A DNA stretch of 32,000 bases from Candidatus Jordarchaeales archaeon (GCA_038889235.1 JAWAHN010000001.1:914499-946498), one strand, 5' to 3'. Positions 1-7,835 are shown, numbered from the stretch's first letter. Translations and numbers: made by a program. The notes: generated by a model not told the origin, from the letters alone.

Positions 1-1689
1 AGTTCCTATCAATAGCTCTCTTTCCTCGGGAACAATCATGTCCTTTCCATTCGGCCTTTTAACGTTATACAACGGGGCTAAACCGAGGCGTTTAATACGC
101 TTGACAACTTCGTACCTGTAAAGCAGACTAGGAACCGTTATCTCGTTTATTATCCTTCCAAAGTCCTCGAAGAATGCGTCTTCATCCTTCCCCATAGTCC
201 GCGCAGCCGAGGCGACAGGGTTCGGCGTGTCCATCTGTATGGCACCGTAGACGGCATTTCCAGTAATGTATTCCTCAACTTGCTCTGGTGTTTTGGCACC
301 CCAGGTGTGGGAGCAACATGAAACGCAGCCGCCGATGATTTTTTTCCTCCAGTTAAGGTAATTGACGAAGTATGGTAAACCGTACTTCGCAGCTAACCTA
401 GCGGCCCAAATGTAGGCTTCTTCAAATTCTGGTTTCATCCACTCTTCTCTAAGTTCGATGTTAAGCTTGGGATAGTTGAACGGTTTACCGTACCGGTCAC
501 CGTAATACATGACTTTCATGAATTCTACGAAGTAGGTTTTCACTTCGTCAACAAAGTCACCGTAAACGTATTTTTCGCTTGTCTTACCTCCTGGGAGAAT
601 TACCGGCTCGTTCATAAACTCTTTCTTTATGCCGGGTCCTATGTCTATTGATGTGAAGGGGACTTGGCCGCCTCTTGCAACATATTGTTGTGTGGCGATG
701 TATGGAGTGTGCTGGCAGGCTTGTTCAACTTCACGTTTTGCTACACGTTTCAAAACGTAGGCCACAATGGCTTCTATAATCTCTCTCGGAACTTGGCTAA
801 ACTTCTGATAAAGTTCATCAGTTAAGCCTAAAGCGGGTTGGTTCATTTCTGCAACAAATTGTGCGGCACTCTTTAATGCTTCCTCTTGCTTGAGTCCCCT
901 GAGGTACCAAGCTATACCTTCCATCCAATTGTGGAATCCTTGACCCCCAGACATGTTGCTTTGCCACGTCGCTAACCATATAGCTGCATGGTTAACAAAT
1001 ACTGCCAAGTGTTTTGGTGGACCAGCACTTGAAGAGTGCATTCCTCTTAAGCCGTCGGGCTCCAGTCCTTGAACAATGAACAGGCGGGGATCCCACGACG
1101 CACAGTAGTCTCTTATACTCGTGTACTCCCTGTCTTTATGGTAGTTATCGCCATTCAAGTGAGCATCTGCAATGTTAGTGTCAAACACTAATTTTTTCCC
1201 ACTAGGAACGGTTACTTCCAAGTGTCCTGGCAAAGTTAGGTATGTATGTTCGGTCATTACACGGTCATAAACGACTTTGGCAATAGTTTCAGGGTTTATT
1301 TGTAGGTTAGCGTTCCAAGTGTGCTGCAGCGGGTTAAGGATCATTTCGTTCAGGTCATAAATAGGTATACCTATCCTAGTGTAGCGTTTTCTGGCTTCTA
1401 TAAGACCCATTTCAGCCAGGACGGAGCAGCACATTTCCCGTATCATTGGGCCTGAAAGCCACTGAATGTTCGCTGAGATTATGCGCTTAACGACATTCTT
1501 AGCTACTTCAGAAGCAACCTCCCTGCTGACACCAGCCTCCTTAACGAGACTGTCAATTATTTTTCTAACGTCAAAAGGCTCTATCATTCCTCGGTTTGTT
1601 CTAACTGCAGGCATCAACGAGCTCCAGAAAGTTTCATCAGTTCTTTCTTCTTTCACATTCTCTTCACTATGATTGAGGGCGGGCTTCAC
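1..1689 (-). CDS. nrdD: Anaerobic (class III) ribonucleoside-triphosphate reductase with N-terminal ATP-cone; 3' end runs off the window
   Basis: Absent from the ORF track (no stop in the window); translated by hand. The frame is open from GTG 1689 (SD AGGTGA upstream; alternative ATG 1614) to base 1. It shows an ATP-cone (EPFDVRKIIDSLVKEAG...GPMIREMCCSVL) and the motifs ADAHLNGD, DYCASWDPR, SAGPPKH, QSNMSGGQG, ARGGQVPFTSI, GKPFNYPK, KYGLPYFVN and VSCCS. Confidence 0.9.
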   Translation of the reverse strand, partial: MKPALNHSEENVKEERTDETFWSSLMPAVRTNRGMIEPFDVRKIIDSLVKEAGVSREVASEVAKNVVKRIISANIQWLSGPMIREMCCSVLAEMGLIEARKRYTRIGIPIYDLNEMILNPLQHTWNANLQINPETIAKVVYDRVMTEHTYLTLPGHLEVTVPSGKKLVFDTNIADAHLNGDNYHKDREYTSIRDYCASWDPRLFIVQGLEPDGLRGMHSSSAGPPKHLAVFVNHAAIWLATWQSNMSGGQGFHNWMEGIAWYLRGLKQEEALKSAAQFVAEMNQPALGLTDELYQKFSQVPREIIEAIVAYVLKRVAKREVEQACQHTPYIATQQYVARGGQVPFTSIDIGPGIKKEFMNEPVILPGGKTSEKYVYGDFVDEVKTYFVEFMKVMYYGDRYGKPFNYPKLNIELREEWMKPEFEEAYIWAARLAAKYGLPYFVNYLNWRKKIIGGCVSCCSHTWGAKTPEQVEEYITGNAVYGAIQMDTPNPVASAARTMGKDEDAFFEDFGRIINEITVPSLLYRYEVVKRIKRLGLAPLYNVKRPNGKDMIVPEERELLIGT

Positions 1690-1694
1690 AAAAA

Positions 1695-1985
1695 TCACCT
1701 TTCCATTATATTCATCAACATATTCTTCAGCTCTTCATAAGACACAGGTTCCCCGAGAACCAGAGCTTTCATATCATCATCTCTAACAGCGACAATAGTT
1801 GGCGTGCTTACAACGTAAATTTGATTCTTGAGCAATTCGAATTCAAGCTCCTCCGAAAGTTCTTTAACATCTACTATCTCAAATGGGATCTTAAGCTCCT
1901 CACAGACCTTCTCAGCCGACTTTTTTGCTACAGGACAGTTCGGGCAGTTTTCTTGCGTAAAAACAATAAGCTTTCTTATCATTGC
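1695..1985 (-). CDS. Thioredoxin/glutaredoxin-fold redoxin (NrdH-like)
   Basis: LIVFTQENCPNCP CxxC motif and a STPTI cis-Pro motif. Likely start is ATG 1985 (ORF extends to 2021). Its stop overlaps the nrdD SD. Confidence 0.8.
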   Translation of the reverse strand, partial: AMIRKLIVFTQENCPNCPVAKKSAEKVCEELKIPFEIVDVKELSEELEFELLKNQIYVVSTPTIVAVRDDDMKALVLGEPVSYEELKNMLMNIMER

Positions 1986-2182
1986 ATTCAAAACCCCCAA
2001 GAAGGGGCCAAGCACTGGCATTTTTTACATTTTTCATTTTTTACATTTTTTGTATAAACATGAGAAAACATGCCTTTAAAATGTTGTCTAACTTAAGAAT
2101 TGCCACCATTTTTTATTGCACATTCGCTTCTTATCCGGTAAAATGAAGATAGAACTATAAAGTATAGGTTTCCTAGAGGGGC

Positions 2183-2782
2183 TCACACCAACTCCGTTTT
2201 TTCTCCTTTAAAATATTTGGCTACTACGTACATTTCGGCACTCTGCTTTCTGGATGCAGCCGGTTTTGTAGTGTAAACTTTCCGGAAGAGGCGGCGAACC
2301 TCGTTGAGTAGCACGTCGTACTCAGCGCCCTGAAAAACCTTCAGAACCATGTTTCCCCCCTCCCTTAGGAATCTTTTGGCAATGTACAAACTTGCCCTGG
2401 CAAGTTCTATCTGGCGCTCATGATCTAGACTCCATATTCCACTTACCTTGGGTGAGCAGTCGCTCAGAACTAGATCTACTTTATTAGTTACCTCCGAAAT
2501 TTTGCGTAAAGTTTCCTCATTCTGAATATCGCCTCTTATGAAAACCACGCCGTTCATGTGTTCTATGTCTGATATATCGACTCCGATTATTACTCCCTCG
2601 TTTCCCAAGTGTTCTTTTGCCACCTGGAGCCAACCTCCAGGAGAGCAGCAAAGGTCTAGTACTGATTTGACGTTTTCAAAAATGCCAAATTTGGAGGCAA
2701 TCTCTTTTAGCTTGTAGGCTGCCCTAGAGCGGTAGCCCTCCTTACGAGCTTTAAAGTAATAGTAGTCCTTTCTTCTGCTCAA
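2183..2782 (-). CDS. rlmE: 23S rRNA (uridine-2'-O)-methyltransferase, RlmE/FtsJ family
   Basis: GYRSRAAYKL, DLCCSPGGW, DLVLSDCSP, KVFQG and KPAASRKQSAEMY motifs. Confidence 0.93.
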   Translation of the reverse strand: MSRRKDYYYFKARKEGYRSRAAYKLKEIASKFGIFENVKSVLDLCCSPGGWLQVAKEHLGNEGVIIGVDISDIEHMNGVVFIRGDIQNEETLRKISEVTNKVDLVLSDCSPKVSGIWSLDHERQIELARASLYIAKRFLREGGNMVLKVFQGAEYDVLLNEVRRLFRKVYTTKPAASRKQSAEMYVVAKYFKGEKTELV

Positions 2783-2902
2783 GATTCTCCAACCTTCCTC
2801 CGTGTAAACTTTTAAAGAGCAAGTGCATTTAGAAGTTTCTCCAAGTGTGAAAGAAAATTTTTAGATGGGTTGTGTTCAGATTGGAGTGGTGGTGATTTCT
2901 GC

Positions 2903-3745
2903 TTGGAGGAAGAGTTCTACAAGGCTAAGATTTCAGAGCTTGAGGAAAGAAGGCTCAGCTTACAAGAGGAGCTTAGCAGACTTAGGAGACACGCTGAGAA
3001 GTACAAAGAAATCAGGGACGGGAAGAATAGCGAGGTGAAATCAATAGTCCAATCGCTGAAAAAAATTAGGGAGGAAAGGAGAGGGAAAGTTGAAGAGCTA
3101 AGGCGACTCAAAGAGAGGCTAAGGGGAATTAAGAGCGAGTTTTTGGGGGCAGTTGAGGAGAGGAAGGCTATAAAAGTTTGGGATGCCTCCTATGAGGAGC
3201 AGATTAAGCAGAGGATTGAAAGTCTTGAGTGGAAGATTCAAACAGTACCTCTTCCAGTTGAGGAAGAAAAAAGGATTGTAACTGAGGTAGCCAAGCTTGA
3301 AGAGACCATACTAGAGATGGAGGAAAACAGGAAGAAATATGAGAAGATTACTAAGCGCATTGATGCATTGACCGAGGAAAGAAAACATCTTATTGCAAGG
3401 ATAGAGGAATTGAAAGACGAATTAACTAAGATAGATGAAGAGATTAAGGCGTTGGAAGAAAAGCTTAATGCGGCTAAGGAGGAGGCAGACAGAGCTCACA
3501 AGAACTACATGGAGCTTTTCGAGAAGATAATTGGAAAAGAAAACGAGTTAGAGCGTGTTACTGAGGAAGAGAACATTTTCAGAAGACGGTATTTGAAGCT
3601 TGTTGAAAAAATGAGGAAGGAGAAAGAAAAAGAGAGGGAGACGATCCTGAAGAAGAAGGCGTCTGAAATTATGGAGAGGTTTAAGAAAGGAGAAAAAGTT
3701 AACATAAACGAACTAAGAATCGCATTACTTGGTGATGAGACTTAA
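2903..3745 (+). CDS. Archaeal long coiled-coil protein (COG1340-like)
   Basis: E/K/R-rich heptad pattern with the LEWKIQTVPLPVEEEKRIV segment typical of this family. Likely start is TTG 2903 after GGTGA (ORF extends to 2870). Confidence 0.75.
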   Translation: MEEEFYKAKISELEERRLSLQEELSRLRRHAEKYKEIRDGKNSEVKSIVQSLKKIREERRGKVEELRRLKERLRGIKSEFLGAVEERKAIKVWDASYEEQIKQRIESLEWKIQTVPLPVEEEKRIVTEVAKLEETILEMEENRKKYEKITKRIDALTEERKHLIARIEELKDELTKIDEEIKALEEKLNAAKEEADRAHKNYMELFEKIIGKENELERVTEEENIFRRRYLKLVEKMRKEKEKERETILKKKASEIMERFKKGEKVNINELRIALLGDET

Positions 3746-4210
3746 TTATTCCTCAAACGAGGCGATCGCGCCTTCGGCTTCCTCGACGGAAACCTTGAGA
3801 CGTATATTGGTTGGTAAAACAGCTTTCAGTTCGTAGTAAAGGTACTCTGCTATTTTTTCGGCTGTTGTAGCTTCTACTGGCAGAAAGGCAACGTCACTTT
3901 TCGGGAAGACGTATTTTCGGTCGCTTAAAAAAACGTGAACTTCGTTCCCTTCCTCTTTAAGATTTAACCCCTTTGCTTTAATTGGAATTAGCACACGGTG
4001 ATCCAAGTGTTCACAAACAGACTTAACTGCATGTTTTACTGTGAAGAAGTCCACCACCATTTGGTTCTCGTCCAAAGAACTAGATGAAGCTTCCACGTGA
4101 ACCTTATAGTTGTGACCATGTAAACGAGAACATTTTTCGTGTGAAAGTAAAAAGTGAGCCGCTGAGAAGACTAAATCAGCTCTTTCAACAGCAACCCTAT
4201 ATGGCAACAT
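3746..4210 (-). CDS. queD: 6-carboxytetrahydropterin synthase (QueD/PTPS family)
   Basis: FSAAHFL, CSRLHGHNY, LDH, TAEKIA and VEE motifs. Confidence 0.9.
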   Translation of the reverse strand: MLPYRVAVERADLVFSAAHFLLSHEKCSRLHGHNYKVHVEASSSSLDENQMVVDFFTVKHAVKSVCEHLDHRVLIPIKAKGLNLKEEGNEVHVFLSDRKYVFPKSDVAFLPVEATTAEKIAEYLYYELKAVLPTNIRLKVSVEEAEGAIASFEE

Positions 4211-4228
4211 TTGACACCTCCATTGTTT

Positions 4229-4858
4229 TTAGAAGGTTCTAGATTTTGCGATGTCTCCTTCTATGTCTAAAATTTCAGACCGATATTTTCTAGCGAGGGA
4301 GACCGCAAAGTCTTCAATCTCCTCTCTTCTAAAACCTAGGTCTAAGAGAGATGCTATCTTAATACCCGGAGGCCCACCTTTAGAAGATACATTAAAGGCA
4401 AAATGTATTTTTCCCGATGCGGGGGAAACTGTTGCTACACCTACATTAAGCTTACCATCATTGAAATAAAAGTCTGTACCCTTACGCTTCAAACGTAAAT
4501 TATGTGTTTCTTCAACAAGTTCTTTGAAGAGAAACGCAAGTATTCTCAAACGGTGGTACATGAGGCGCAGCGAGGGGGGCTGTTGGTCGAAGTGCTCAAT
4601 TATGAAGCTCACCGCTTCATCTGCACATATGACCGGGGTTCCTTTAGATCCTTCACGAAGGAAGTCCTTTACGTCCACGAGTTCTGAGGCTTCAACGTGA
4701 AGGGGGCCATTAAAGATAACTATTGAGTCACCTTGCAAGCCGAAGACTTTAAGAGACCATAGGGGCGCGATTTCTCTTCCGGTGTAGGGTAGCTTGTAAG
4801 TGAAGGGTAGGAGAGCTATCTTTAGGGGCTCTTTCTCGACTATCCTCAATTCTAACAT
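4229..4858 (-). CDS. DUF366-family protein (BPL/LplA-like fold)
   Basis: YTGREIAPLW, GDSIVIF, LVDVKD, FIIEHFD, RKGTDFY, KLNVGVAT and KIHFAFNV resemble DUF366. Confidence 0.75.
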   Translation of the reverse strand: MLELRIVEKEPLKIALLPFTYKLPYTGREIAPLWSLKVFGLQGDSIVIFNGPLHVEASELVDVKDFLREGSKGTPVICADEAVSFIIEHFDQQPPSLRLMYHRLRILAFLFKELVEETHNLRLKRKGTDFYFNDGKLNVGVATVSPASGKIHFAFNVSSKGGPPGIKIASLLDLGFRREEIEDFAVSLARKYRSEILDIEGDIAKSRTF

Positions 4859-4873
4859 GGGTAAACCCCACCA

Positions 4874-5727
4874 TTACAGTATGCCCAGCATTTTATGGAC
4901 TTGCAGTGATATCGAAACGTTTTCGCTTCCCAAGTAACGTGCAGCCAGCTCGGTAAATTTGCAAAGTTGTTGAAAGCTTGGAGGAAGGTAACCGTCCTTC
5001 GGAGTTACTGGTTGAATACACACTGGGCACTCTAATTTAGAAAGTTCACGTGAGTACCATTCAATGTTTTCCGTTTTGGTGTTTGAAGTAACTACTATTT
5101 TAGCGAAAACAGCCACCCCACTGTCTGAGAGAATTTTTATTGTTTTAAGCTCCAGTTCGACGAGCTCTTTCCAGTTTTTTGCAGCGTTAGCGGATTCATC
5201 TTTAATGTCGCAACAGCAGTAGTCTATTAGGCTGGCAATTCTAGCTGCAGCTTCAGGAATTGAGCCATTAGTTTCGAGATATAATTTGAAACCCGCATCC
5301 TTAATAGCTTCTGCGGTTGAACGCAGGAATTCTGGTTGGAATAACGGCTCCCCACCTGTCAGGGAAACGGCGTGGACATCTGGTGAGCGAAGATTACAAA
5401 CCCATTCGACTACGAAGCGTGAATCCACGGGGTTCTTGAAGTTGAAAACCTCACCCGTTGGTGTAACTACTCTCAAGTAGGTAGGGTTGGGCTGTACGGC
5501 GTGGGGGGTTTTGCGTTAGTTCATAAGTCGCACCACCCACACCCTTTACTTCCAAAGGCTCCGAGACCTATATTGCATCCTGAAAAACGGACAATTCGAC
5601 GGCATTAAAGCCTATATCGTCCGCCGCCCGTAATTTGAGCCCCTTACGCTTCCGCCTTCACCTTTACCCCTTCCCCGACTAGGAAGGATTGGTAGGAAGA
5701 GAATATCTCGTAGACCCACCCGCTCAT
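4874..5727 (-). CDS. queE: 7-carboxy-7-deazaguanine synthase QueE (radical SAM), 263 aa after removal of three BHB micro-introns. Exons: 5727-5689, 5662-5614, 5594-5527, 5509-4874
   Basis: The joined exons (39+49+68+636 = 792 nt) translate without stops: MSGWVYEIFSSYQ/GEGGSVRGSNYGRRTI/FVRFSGCNIGLGAFGSKGCGWCD/TPHAVQPNPTYLRVV...SLTGGEPLFQ...YLETNG...IQPV...QVHKMLGIL. The ORF track captured only exon 4, which lacks the Fe-S motif. Confidence 0.92.
5510..5526 (-). other. BHB intron 3 of queE (17 nt)
   Basis: GUGGGUGG-UGCG-AC|U-UAUGAACUAA-CGCA-AA|A-CCCCCCAC. Central helix UGCG/CGCA; the exon-exon stem pairs at 7 of 8 positions. Removal gives TGC GAC|ACC (WCD-T). Confidence 0.88.
5595..5613 (-). 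other. BHB intron 2 of queE (19 nt)
   Basis: CGAU-AU|A-GGC-UUUAAU-GCC-GUCG-AA|U. Central helix CGAU/GUCG (one G-U pair). Removal gives ATA T|TT GTC (I-F-V-R-F). Confidence 0.88.
5663..5688 (-). other. BHB intron 1 of queE (26 nt)
   Basis: UACC-AA|U-CCUUCC-UAGUCGG-GGAAGG-GGUA-AA|G. The 4-bp central helix UACC/GGUA has two 3-nt bulges and a 6-bp intron stem. Removal gives CAA|GGT (Q-GEG). Confidence 0.9.
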
Positions 5728-5829
5728 GGTCACACCGTCCTTTTCCTTCTATGCCTGTTCTTAAATTATTACTCTAGAAATGAGTTGGATGGGAAAACCA
5801 TTAAAATTTCTTAACCTTTTCGTTTAGAT

Positions 5830-6282
5830 GTGCCAAGTGAGGTAAAAAGGGGGAAGTTGTTCGAATTGTCACTAATGAGACTTTTGATACCCAAAGTAGA
5901 AGTGAACGTTTGCAATGTGCGTTCAGTCGAACAATCGATAAGAAAGGCTGAAAGAGGTTTAGCAGGATACTTTGAAACGACAGCTGTGGTGTTAATGCAC
6001 AAGGAGGATATGAAAAAGATTGGTGTGAAGAGCGGAGACAAAGTTAAAGTTTCTTCGAATTACGGAGCGGTTATCGTCAAAGTGTATGAGACTGACGAAA
6101 CAAAGCCGGGATTAGTTTTGATGCCCAACGGCCCTTGGTTTAACACAATTAGCGGAGGAGACATACAGGTGACCTGGGGGGAACACTACTACTTAGTTAG
6201 GGCGACCGTGGAGGCGACGAGCAAGGAGGAAACGAAACTAGAGGACATAGAGAGAGATCTTTTCGGAGAGGGTGGAAAATGA
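5830..6282 (+). CDS. fwdD: Formylmethanofuran dehydrogenase subunit D
   Basis: Molybdopterin dinucleotide-binding-domain pattern: MHKEDMKKIGVKSGDKVKVSSNYG and MPNGPWFN. True start may be ATG 5875. Confidence 0.8.
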   Translation: MPSEVKRGKLFELSLMRLLIPKVEVNVCNVRSVEQSIRKAERGLAGYFETTAVVLMHKEDMKKIGVKSGDKVKVSSNYGAVIVKVYETDETKPGLVLMPNGPWFNTISGGDIQVTWGEHYYLVRATVEATSKEETKLEDIERDLFGEGGK

Positions 6283-7835
6283 CTGAGCTAATTTTAAAGA
6301 ATGGCATAGTGTTCGACCCAATTAATGGTGTTGAAGGAGAAAAAATGGATGTTATGGTCAAAAACGGCGTCATAGTGGAGCAAGTCAACGAAAGGGAGTG
6401 TAAAGTTTTAGATGTAAAGGGCATGACTGTGGTGCCAGGGGGTATAGATTGCAATGCGCATATAGCGTCTCAAATACTAAACATTGCGAGAATGACCGGA
6501 GTAAGAATGCCACTCCCGAGGGATCTTGGAGAAGATTATTTGAGGGCGGGTTATACATTCGTAGTTGAGGCGGGACTACCATTCTCAAAGGTTCTTCATG
6601 CACACATTGTATTGGAGAACGTGCATTCTCTGGACAAGGCATGCATCCTGCTTCTTGACTCAAACTGGTTTATGGCAGGATTCGCCGCGGAGGGAAACTA
6701 TGACGCGGCCGTGTCGGCTATAGCATGGCTACTAAGAGTAACTAGGACTTATGGGGTTGAGTTGGTCAACCCACTAAGCTTAGAGGTTTGGGCGTGGAAG
6801 AGAGAGTGGAAAGGTGCTATGGAAAAGGTAAAACACTTGGACATAAGCCCCTTGGAGTACACCAAGTTTGTTTCGTTAGCGCTTAAGAGACTTAACATTT
6901 CGAGTCCACTCTACCTGCACCCTGACGGCGCTGGACGCAAAGGGGGATGTGAAGACGCAATCGAAATATTAAACGGACTTAAAGAGTGTGGGAGAATACA
7001 TTTAACACATGCCCAGTTTTACACGCTTGGAAGTGACGGGGAACTACATGCCGAGAAACTTGCCAGGTACCTAGATTCCAATAGTGACCTAGATGCCGAT
7101 GTTGGATGTGCCACTGTTGGCGCTGGAACCTTTGCCGCCCATGATGCATACTTTACAAAAAACGTCTCCGAAAAGCTACACGTCTTGGAGCAAATAGAAG
7201 TTGAGGGCATCGCTACTTTAACGAAAACGAAGAGGGATCTGTGGGAAAAGTTTTGGGAAGCTGGTCTAATTCTTCTACTTGCTGTTAATAATCACTCAAA
7301 AATCCAGCTTTCAATGGATGTTCCTTTTTGCGGCTTACCACTAGACTATTCTTCAATAGCGGCATGGTTAGTAAGTAAAGCAGCAAGAAAATCCGTCAAT
7401 AGCACGGAGAGGATGCTTCAAATGGACGAGCTGAAACTTCAAGAATTGTTTACTATGACCAGAAGCGCGCCGGCATTGTCATTAGGGCTAGGCAAGAAGG
7501 GACGATTAACGGTGGGAGCTGATGCAGATATAGCAGTTTACGATTTTGATCCGGAGACCATGGATCCAAGCAGAGACTATGAGAGGTTTGCACGGGCTCT
7601 TTCAAGAGCCGCATACACCATAAAAGGAGGCGAAATCGTCGTTAAAAATGGAGAAATCGTGAATAAGGTTAAGGGGAGAACCTTCTGGGTTAACTGTAAA
7701 GTGGGAAAACCTCCAGAGGAAGTTCTCACTACTATGGAAAGGTACCTTTCATTCAATCCCAGACAGATGGAAGAAATAGGCAGGGTTTTGAGTGGAAGCT
7801 ATTGCAGCGTTGAGGGTGGTGTAAGCCATGTCTAA
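6279..7835 (+). CDS. fwdA: Formylmethanofuran dehydrogenase subunit A-like amidohydrolase (divergent active site)
   Basis: ILKNGIVFDPINGVEGEKMD, PGGID, GYT, VNP, HLTHAQF, GADADIAVYD and TIKGGEIVV motifs; fwd operon context. Confidence 0.8.
   Translation: MTELILKNGIVFDPINGVEGEKMDVMVKNGVIVEQVNERECKVLDVKGMTVVPGGIDCNAHIASQILNIARMTGVRMPLPRDLGEDYLRAGYTFVVEAGLPFSKVLHAHIVLENVHSLDKACILLLDSNWFMAGFAAEGNYDAAVSAIAWLLRVTRTYGVELVNPLSLEVWAWKREWKGAMEKVKHLDISPLEYTKFVSLALKRLNISSPLYLHPDGAGRKGGCEDAIEILNGLKECGRIHLTHAQFYTLGSDGELHAEKLARYLDSNSDLDADVGCATVGAGTFAAHDAYFTKNVSEKLHVLEQIEVEGIATLTKTKRDLWEKFWEAGLILLLAVNNHSKIQLSMDVPFCGLPLDYSSIAAWLVSKAARKSVNSTERMLQMDELKLQELFTMTRSAPALSLGLGKKGRLTVGADADIAVYDFDPETMDPSRDYERFARALSRAAYTIKGGEIVVKNGEIVNKVKGRTFWVNCKVGKPPEEVLTTMERYLSFNPRQMEEIGRVLSGSYCSVEGGVSHV

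Noticed and set aside
180-240. Apparent frameshift in nrdD near DTPNPV
   Set aside because: Careful recounting of the C4 run shows that the frame is continuous to base 1.
4874-5476. ORF-track 200-aa protein starting at TTG 5476 as the complete gene
   Set aside because: It lacks the Fe-S binding motif and is only part of exon 4.
4874-5727. queE as a pseudogene or as sequencing-error frameshifts
   Set aside because: The interruptions are 17-26-nt inserts rather than 1-nt indels. All three form BHB motifs whose cut sites regenerate the conserved residues, and the exons show no other decay.
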